DNA of 63,333 nt, filler included, from Octopus bimaculoides (Eukaryota): assembly GCF_001194135.2 (NCBI RefSeq). It is 7 parts of 6 records of this genome, joined end to end, with 100 filler letters (N's around TTAATTAATTAA, not from the genome) between each part and the next. Parts side by side here need not be neighbours in the genome. Positions count along the whole stretch, not along the records: positions 52,035 to 58,693 come from NW_026353551.1; positions 58,794 to 61,119 come from NC_068983.1; positions 61,220 to 63,333 come from NW_026339638.1; 4 more parts are not named here. The stretch is one strand, 5' to 3'. Both the position numbers and the translations under genes were made by a program. Shown piece by piece: positions 55,190 through 63,333 of the stretch. The notes under the pieces were generated by a model. It made no database searches, was not told where the DNA came from, and saw only the letters and a program-made list of their open reading frames with translations. Numbering within the stretch: the first letter of the stretch is position 1; every line of letters begins with the position of its first letter.

Positions 55190-55398
55190 AGTCATACCAA
55201 CTATGGACCGGGTTCCCAGTTCCATGACGTATATATTCCCCATCTGGACGGGACACCGGTCTGTTGCAAGGTTACTCCTTTTTGCCAGCTGAGTGGACTG
55301 GAGCAATGTGAAATAAAGTGTCTTGCTCAAGAAAACAACGTGTCGCCCGATCCAGGAATCGAAACCACAATCTTACGGTTATGAGTCCAACACCCTAA
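55190..55398 (-). mobile_element. tRNA-derived SINE family E; related heads at 58405-58492 (+) and 45952-46035 (-)
   Basis: The reverse complement reads TTAGGGTGTTGGACTCATAACCGTAAGATTGTGGTTTCGATTCCTGG (tRNA-like A/B boxes) followed by TTGAGCAAGACACTTTATTTCACATTGCTCCAGTCCACTCAGCTG. Confidence 0.8.
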
Positions 55399-56127
55399 TG
55401 ATCTGCTGAAATAAGGTTAAGCTTGTCTTATAATTAAAGATATTTTCGCCAAGACCATAGCGTTTTATTTTTTATTTTTTAATTTTAATTTCTTTTCTGA
55501 GAGTGTACATACCACATGTCCTGTTATTCTAATCCCTTTGCCTGTTCGTTGTATCACGTGATACACTGGGCATATTTCTCTTTTGTCCGTGCATCATATA
55601 TATCACACATCCCCTATATTTATTCCACCCACTAGAATACCTTGGGACTTAAGAAAAGAAAGCTTTAATATTAACTCAGAACGTATGAAACAAGGGTTAG
55701 CTGAAAGTCTGAAAACAAGGACGGACGTTTAGGGCACACCTACGAAAATGCTTCGGAAGGACAAAGGGTTAAAATCTAGGAAGTACATTTGAGGGGATAG
55801 CTCATTGCTCATCGCTGATACAGACGGATGATTCATAGATTCCATTTGCAGTTCGTCCCTAGGACTAAAAATGTTTAACATACCTCTACCTTGATTGCTC
55901 TAGTAAGTGGTGGTGGTGGTAGTGGTGGTTGTAGTAGTAGTAGTAGTAGTAGTAGTAGCCGAATCGAGTAGTTGATAAGGTTATCGTGTAATGTACTTAA
56001 CCTCTGCTCAAATATGCGTGTGTGTATACATATGTACACACACATACACATAAATATATATATCCACAATCATATACATATAAATATATAGACATATACA
56101 TACATACATACATATATACATATATAA

Positions 56128-56162
<35 letters not shown>

Positions 56163-56390
56163 AGTGTATTATATATATATGTGTGTGTGTACGTATATGT
56201 ATGCATGTATATGCATGTATATATATATATATATATCTTAGTAGACTTTGGACTTGGTTGAACGCTTACAGATACACCATATATAGATATACATATATAC
56301 AAAACACGCACACACACATACACATCAACAACTGTACGGCACTAGTGTCTGCCACCAACAAAAATAGCCATCACCAACAACCCCCACCCC

Positions 56391-56445
<55 letters not shown>

Positions 56446-57091
56446 ATAATAATAATAATAATAATAATAATCTTTTATACTAAAGGTACAAGGCCTGAAA
56501 TTTTGGTGGAGAGTGCTAGCGATTACATTGGTCCCAGTATTTCACTGGTACTTAATTTATCGTCTCTGAAAGAATCAAAATTCCATCAAGGAGAATGGTA
56601 GTATGACCTAGTTCGTTAGAACTACAATTAGCCATTGTCCACTCTGGTCGTAGTTTAACCTTGAGCCTGTTTTTAAAAAGGACTCCAAAAGACACACATG
56701 CTGACACACATACAAGCAACACAAAGGCATACTGCTATTTCAGTTGCTAAGCAACTCTCCATCCATTAGGATGTGAACGAATATTTGTCACTTTTTTTTT
56801 TGATTTGAAGAGATTTTTACCTTTTAAATGCATAATGTAATCTGTGCGATTTCTGGACACGTTGGGCTGCCGTCACGTCACCTCCTATGTTATCTGTGTT
56901 GCTTGTGTACTGGGATGTGTTGTATTACATTTAAATGTTATCTGTCAGGATACGTTGAATGCACTGAAAGCCGGGGCCGATAAGGTGGTTAGGGAGTGTT
57001 TTAAACTATTGAAGACGAAATGTGTTAGGTGAGAGGAAAGTTATCGTTTTTTGCTTTGTTCTCGGGTCAGCCAAATCCTTGTGAATGGATT

Positions 57092-57122
<31 letters not shown>

Positions 57123-57490
57123 CTGTTTTTGTGTCTGTGTTTGTCACCCCACCCCATTCCCGCTTGATAACCGGTGCTGGTGCATTTACATCTCCGTAAC
57201 CTAGCCGTTCGGCAAAAGAGCTTGATAGAATAAGTAGCAGGCTTTAAAAAAAAAAGAGAGAAGTACTGGTGTTGATACATTCGATTAAAGTTCTTCAATG
57301 CGGTGCTCCAGCATGGCTGCAGTCTCGTGACTGAAAGAGATAAAAACCAACTCGAAAACGACGTACGTTGAAGAATGCTTGTAATTGAAAGAAACTTACG
57401 ACCCACATCATNNNNNNNNNNNNNNNNNNNNNNNNNNNNNNNNNNNNNNNNNNNNNNNNNNNNNNNNNNNNNNNNNNNNNNNNNNNNNNN

Positions 57491-57850
57491 GGGAAACGGG
57501 GGCCAGTCGATTGGATCGATCCCCTGTATGCAACTGGTATTTAATTTATCGGTCCCGAAAGGCTGAAAGACAAAGTCGACCTCGGCCGAATTTGAATTCA
57601 GAACGTAAAGACAGACGAAATATTGCTAAGCATTTCGTCGGGCGTGCTAACGTTTTTAATCCTTTCTACTCTAGGCACAAGGCCCGAAATTCTGGGAAAG
57701 GAGGCCAGTCGATTAGATCGTCTCCAGTACGCAACTGGTGTTTAATTTATCGGCCCCGAAAGGATGAAAGGCAAAGTAGACCTCGGCGGAATTTGAACTC
57801 AGAACGTAAAGACAGACGAAAAACCGCTAAGCATTTCGCCCGGCGTGCTG
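57491..57850 (-). mobile_element. Two head-to-tail copies of SINE family A
   Basis: Same body as 7641-8082, repeated twice (57491-57655 and 57660-57850). Confidence 0.85.
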
Positions 57851-58793
57851 ACAATTCTCACAGCACACCGCCTTCCACATCATATATATAGTAAGTAAGT
57901 GAACAGAGGTTTGAATATATATTATATGGAGCTTTAAAAACGCTAAATTGAAGCAAAATATATAGAGAAAAAACACGAGAGAAGACAATATACATACAAA
58001 AGATGAAAAAGAGAAATATATTAAGTTGCTGTGGAGAAGAGACGCCTAACGTATCCAGTAGCGTTGTTTTGTTTTGGTTGTTTTTCATCATTCTCGTCAA
58101 ACGAACGATCGTGGGAACCCGCTCCTCTTTCTCACGGCACATTAAACTCTGGCAATACTTAGGCAAGATCGTTAGAGCATCCAGTGAAAAACATTGGTGG
58201 CATAAGCATTTAGTTACAGCTCTTCACGTTCTGATTTTTTAAAAACTTTGAAAGACCAACTTCGCCTTTCCGTCCTTCCGGAATTAATAAAAGAACGTAT
58301 TTATGATACCAGTCAGGCATTGGGATTAACGGATTAAATAGATTATTAATACAGCCTGTTATCAATCACTTTTTGGCTTTTAAATATATACGTGCATACG
58401 TAGTACGTGGAGGTGCATGGCTTGGTGGTTAGGGTGTTGGACTCATGATCGTAAGATTGTGGTTTCAATTCCTGGACTAGTGAATGAGAGAAAAGCAAAA
58501 TAGTGAATTGGAGATCCACGGCATTATTTTTAATCGTCATTGAAACATTTTTGCTCAAGATTTATTTATTTATTACAAGAAAGAGTTTGGTTTCTTTTTC
58601 TAAAGTTCTATGTAGTTCAGGCATGACACAGGAAATGTGTCAATGTTTCCTAGGGTTAAATAACAGTAGCATTCTTCCCTTTTATGGGACTGTNNNNNNN
58701 NNNNNNNNNNNNNNNNNNNNNNNNNNNNNNNNNNNNNTTAATTAATTAANNNNNNNNNNNNNNNNNNNNNNNNNNNNNNNNNNNNNNNNNNNN

Positions 58794-59055
58794 TTGCCAG
58801 TGCCTCTGGACTGGCTCATGTGCGGGTGACACATGAAATCTTTCGAGCGGGATCGTTGCCAGTGCCCCTGGACTGGCTCTTGTGCGGGTGACACATGAGG
58901 CTTTTTCGAGCGGGATCGTTAGGAAGGGCATCCAGCTGTAGAAACTCTGCCAAATTAGATTGGAGCCTGGTGTTGCCATCCGGTTTCACCAGTCCTCAGT
59001 CAAATCGTCCAACCCATGCTAGCATGGAAGGCGGACGTTAAACGATGATGATGAT
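58794..59055 (+). mobile_element. 3' UTR of an RTE-like LINE with two ~62-bp tandem units and a (GAT)n tail
   Basis: TTGCCAGTGCC...GAGCGGGATCG twice, then AGGAAGGGCATCCAGC...GGACGTTAAACGATGATGATG, matching the reverse complement of 60289-60440. Confidence 0.8.
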
Positions 59056-60288
59056 CCAGACGGACAGTAAGCCATTTAACTTACAAAACCAAGTATTCCA
59101 AATATTATTGGAATAAATGCAAATTTGTAATCCAGATATAGAAGCTGAAGGTTTTGAAACAGTTGTCCACAGTTGTTTTCTTTCTCTATGATTTTCAAAG
59201 AGATATTCACATCGGCAGGACAGATGACCTCTATGATGATACATACTTTTTCTTGCACATCCCAAACAATAATATCCAGTCTGTTGTGCTTACACTTGAC
59301 AGATGTTTTGAGAATGTTCCACCAGTGTTCCTTGTGCTGGTATTTGTATACATATTCAATAACAGGAGGATTCGCTATATATATATTCCAGGAGTCTTTT
59401 TCTGAATGGCATTGTATATTGTTTTTTGCAACATCATGTTGCATAGGGAAGAAGTACTTTGATGACACTTTGGGGCAGCTGCTAATCACAGAAATATGAC
59501 ATAATCTACATTCATGGGTGCATCTTGAAACTCCAAGAGCTTCACTGTCACTTTTGTTGATTAGGTATTTAGTAGCAATCTCCAGTTCTTGGATTGCAAA
59601 TGCATAACCTTTGAAGTCTGATATGATGTAGTAGTCATGAGTCCAAGAGAAGCTTCACTTCATGTCAATGTTACTATCTCCTTCAAGTCTTCAAGAAACA
59701 CACTCATGCATGGTCTTTTTTTGATATGCTGAGGATATCACCTTCAGGCCTTCTTTGAGGCATGCTAGTCTGGTTGATTTGGGGAGGTCATCAGTAAAAG
59801 AATGCTTCCTGAGGGGCTTATTTCCAACATGTAAGATATTGTTTTCTTCACTTTTCAGCACTAAGCTGCTGTTGTTTGACAAGTGCTATCTGAGAGAGAC
59901 TATGCAACATTCAAAGGCTATCTGATTTCAAGCCTCATCCTCATCCTCATTTAATGTCGGTTATCCATGCTGGCATGGGTTGGATGGTTTGACCAGGGCT
60001 GGCAAGCTGGAAGGCTGCACCAGACTCCAGTCTGCTACCTCCTTTACCTCTTCTTAGGTAGTCGACAGACTACCTAAGAAGAGTCGATATCACTATTTTT
60101 GTGGAGATTTCCAGTTGATGTTAGAATTTTGTGGGTTTTAATGTTTATGAAGTGGATTTCTATTCGCCAGTCAAGTATCCCAAATGTTGGAATCAGCACT
60201 GGTACAATAAATGCACTGTGGGATATAGTCTTGTAGAGGAGAGTTCAGACTGCCATATTTTTCTTAGTCTGGTGTAATATTCTTGGGT
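59056..60288 (-). mobile_element. R4/Dong-like RLE retrotransposon relic (RT thumb, zinc-knuckle region, RLE domain), interrupted by an RTE tail at ~59937-60035
   Basis: QEYYTRLRKIWQSELS...VPVLIPTFGILDW...GNLHKNSDID; GYAFAIQELEIATKYL; ISSCPKVSSKY...HD; KHNRLDIIVWDVQEKVCIIIEVICPAD (PD-(D/E)xK-like). Confidence 0.88.
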
Positions 60289-61119
60289 CATCATCATCAT
60301 CATCATCGTTTAACGTCCGCTTTCCATGCTAGCATGGGTTGGACGATTTGACTGAGGACTGGTGAACCAGATGGCTACACCAGGCTCCAATCTGATTTGG
60401 CAGAGTTTCTACAGCTGGATGCCCTTCCTAACGCCAACCACTCCGAGAGTGTAGTGGGTGCTTTTACGTGCCACTGGCACGAAGGCCAGTCAGGTGGTAC
60501 TGGCAACGGCCACGCTCAAAATGGTGTATTTTACGTGCCACCTGCACAGGAGCCAGTCCAGCAGCACTGGTAACGATCTAGCTCGAGTGTCTTTACACAT
60601 GCCACCGGCACAAGTGCCAGGAAGGTGACGCTGGGCACAGGTGCCATCACGATTTCGCTTTCGCCTGCCCCAAAAGGTCTTCACAAGCCGAGTTTCATGT
60701 CCTGCATAGGAGCCAGTCCCGTGGCACTGGTAACGATCTCACTCGAATGACTTTACATGTGCCAGGAAGGCGACACTGGGCACAGGTGCCATCATGATTT
60801 GCTTTCGCTTGCCTCAACAGGTCTTCACAAGCTGACTTTCGTGTTCAATGAAGGAGACGACGTTGGCATGGGTGCCAGTCGTCGAATTTCGTTCGATTTC
60901 ACTTGTCTCAACAGGTCTTCGCAAGTGGAGTTTTGTGTCCAATGAAGGAAGGTACACATAAGTGGGCTGGCTACACCCCTGGCGGAGGCCTTGGATTTAG
61001 GTCTCACTTGGCTTGCCAGGTCTTCTCACGCACAGCATATTTCCAAAGGTCTCAGTCAGAAGTCATCGCCTCAGTGAGGCCCAATGTTTGAAGGTCGTGC
61101 CTCACCACCTCATTCCAGG
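60289..61119 (-). mobile_element. RTE-like LINE 3' end (ORF2 C-terminus plus long 3' UTR with internal ~160-bp duplication)
   Basis: Minus strand reads WNEVVRHDLQTLGLTEAMTSD*DLWKYAVREKTWQAK*, and the UTR ends in a (GAT)n tail. Confidence 0.85.
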
Positions 61120-61886
61120 NNNNNNNNNNNNNNNNNNNNNNNNNNNNNNNNNNNNNNNNNNNNTTAATTAATTAANNNNNNNNNNNNNNNNNNNNNNNNN
61201 NNNNNNNNNNNNNNNNNNNAAGCACTGACAAGGCCTACTCCTCCTACCCCCTCGACCGCCTCTGTCGCCTTATAACGCAACCCATGCCTACATTGTGTAC
61301 AGATGTGCCCCCCCCCAAACGAGCACACCTACACACACTTTCACCTATATGCACACATATAGACAGACATAGATATATATATACACACATTCACATACTC
61401 ACGCGCCCTGTTGCGCGCCCATTCATTCACAAACCGCATCTCATTACGGGAGCAGTTACGCATACACACACACATATACAGAGTGACACACACGAACACA
61501 CACACACTGTGCAGATACACACATATTTACAAAACGCTTTCATACTCACACACACACATATTTGTAGATTTTTCATACATACACATATACATTTACCCAC
61601 GCACACACACACACGCATTCACCACGCGCGCAACGCCCCCCTCCCACCACCGCTCAAAGAGGTAGAGAAGNNNNNNNNNNNNNNNNNNNNNNNNNNNNNN
61701 NNNNNNNNNNNNNNNNNNNNNNNNNNNNNNNNNNNNNNNNNNNNNNNNNNNNNNNNNNNNNNNNNNNNNNNNNNNNNNNNNNNNNNNNNNNNNNNNNNNN
61801 NNNNNNNNNNNNNNNNNNNNNNNNNNNNNNNNNNNNNNNNNNNNNNNNNNNNNNNNNNNNNNNNNNGAGAAGTATGAGAGGGAGGG

Positions 61887-62371
61887 TGGGAGAGAAGGAA
61901 CAGCTACTGTTTTGGTAGGAGAGGGTTTGGTAAGGATAGAGAGAGATGAGGTAAGAGTGATAGAAACAGTATGTTAGGGAGGAGGTAGGTAATAAAAGTA
62001 GGTGGGAGAGAGAGGACCCCTCTCTGTCTTATTTGTCTCCTCTTCCTCTCTTTTTCTCTATCACCCCACAATTCATTCACTAAACACAACTAATTAACGC
62101 CCCCCTTCGATCAACACGTACTCTCTGTATCTTTCTCTCTCTCTCTCCCGTCTTACTCTCTTCATCTCAATTTCTTCCGCCCTCTCTCTATTTTAATACC
62201 AACCTCCTCCCTCGCTTATCTCTCTCTCACTCTCTCTTACTTCCTCTCTCTCCCACCTACTTTTATTACCTACCTCCTCCCTAACATACTGTTTCTATCA
62301 CTCTTACCTCATCTCTCTCTATCCTTACCAAACCCACTCCTACCAAAACAGTAGCTGTTCCTTCTCTCCCA
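61887..62371. repeat. Inverted repeat with 130-bp arms (61887-62016 and 62242-62371), one mismatch
   Basis: Direct base-by-base comparison. The left arm is purine-rich and the right arm pyrimidine-rich on the plus strand. Confidence 0.92.
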
Positions 62372-62608
62372 TCCTTCTCTACCTCTTTTACCCTAACACC
62401 CCCCTCTTTCCTCTCTCTCTTCCAACTTCTTTTTCTCTCTCTACGGCCGTTCCCTTTTCCACGCATACTACACACACACACACCCTCGTCCCCCACATTC
62501 AGACACTTTAAAAACATAGCCTCTCTCCCTCTCTATTTCTCTTTCTCCCACCCTTTCTTCTGTCTGTCTGTTTCCCTCTCTCTCTCTCTAACTCTTCTCC
62601 TGTCACTA

Positions 62609-62639
<31 letters not shown>

Positions 62640-63333
62640 CCAGCTCTAAACACGNNNNNNNNNNCCCACCACCACAACAAATACGCAACAACGTCCGCCT
62701 GTCGTCAACTTGCACATCATACATAATACACACACACGCACACACAAACAAACACACGCACACACACGCGCACGCTTGCCGACAGATCGTCCCAGAGTGC
62801 GGGCAGTTGAAGCAAAGCCGTATTACCTCATAATATTAGCAGCATCTATTGTTGGTGCTGTTGTTGTTGTCCAAGCTTGGATTACAGCTGGTCCCACGGT
62901 GGCTTTTTGGGATAAGTCTTTGGCGGAAAATTCTCCACGCAACACATACACGCATACACACATACCTAGATATATAAATATATACATACATACATACATT
63001 CATACATATATATATATACATACTTAGTCACACGTACACACATACACACACACAATATATATATACACACATATATGCACACATGTATACATATACATAT
63101 AAATGAATATACACAGGCATAATCCTACATTTCTATACACACACACACACACACATATATATACATATATTTATTAAGACTTTTATAGACATACTCATAC
63201 ATAAACACACACACACATACATGCAAACACACACATACTTTTTTAATTACAAACCACAAGGATGTAACGACAACTGCGTGTTTTGAAACCGCATCTCATT
63301 GTTCGCATGGATGTACGGATACCTTAACCCGGT

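Overview
AT-rich eukaryotic (metazoan) draft-assembly DNA dominated by microsatellites, N-gaps and decayed transposons. The repeat landscape looks like an octopus/cephalopod genome, which is an inference from recognised repeat families. Six identical 100-nt spacers (44 N + TTAATTAATTAA + 44 N) mark artificial joins, so the window is seven segments whose adjacency is not established. Host coding sequence I can support: two consecutive exons of histidine decarboxylase (HDC, minus strand, 45086-45199 and 39942-40064) and one ALK/LTK-type exon (plus strand, 24318-24474, on a different segment). The rest is LINE relics (CR1/L2-group, RTE, Tx1/L1, R4/Dong-type RLE), a Penelope-like relic, mariner and hAT relics and MITEs, several tRNA-derived SINE families, and long fold-back palindromes. 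The most interesting signals are hammerhead-ribozyme (HHR) motifs: one at the end of the Penelope relic, one isolated, and an HHR-like module at the 3' end of a tRNA-headed SINE that sits in a 460-bp hairpin. A candidate in-frame 39-nt cassette microexon lies downstream of the HDC exons. Almost all long ORFs in the supplied track are microsatellite or gap artefacts.
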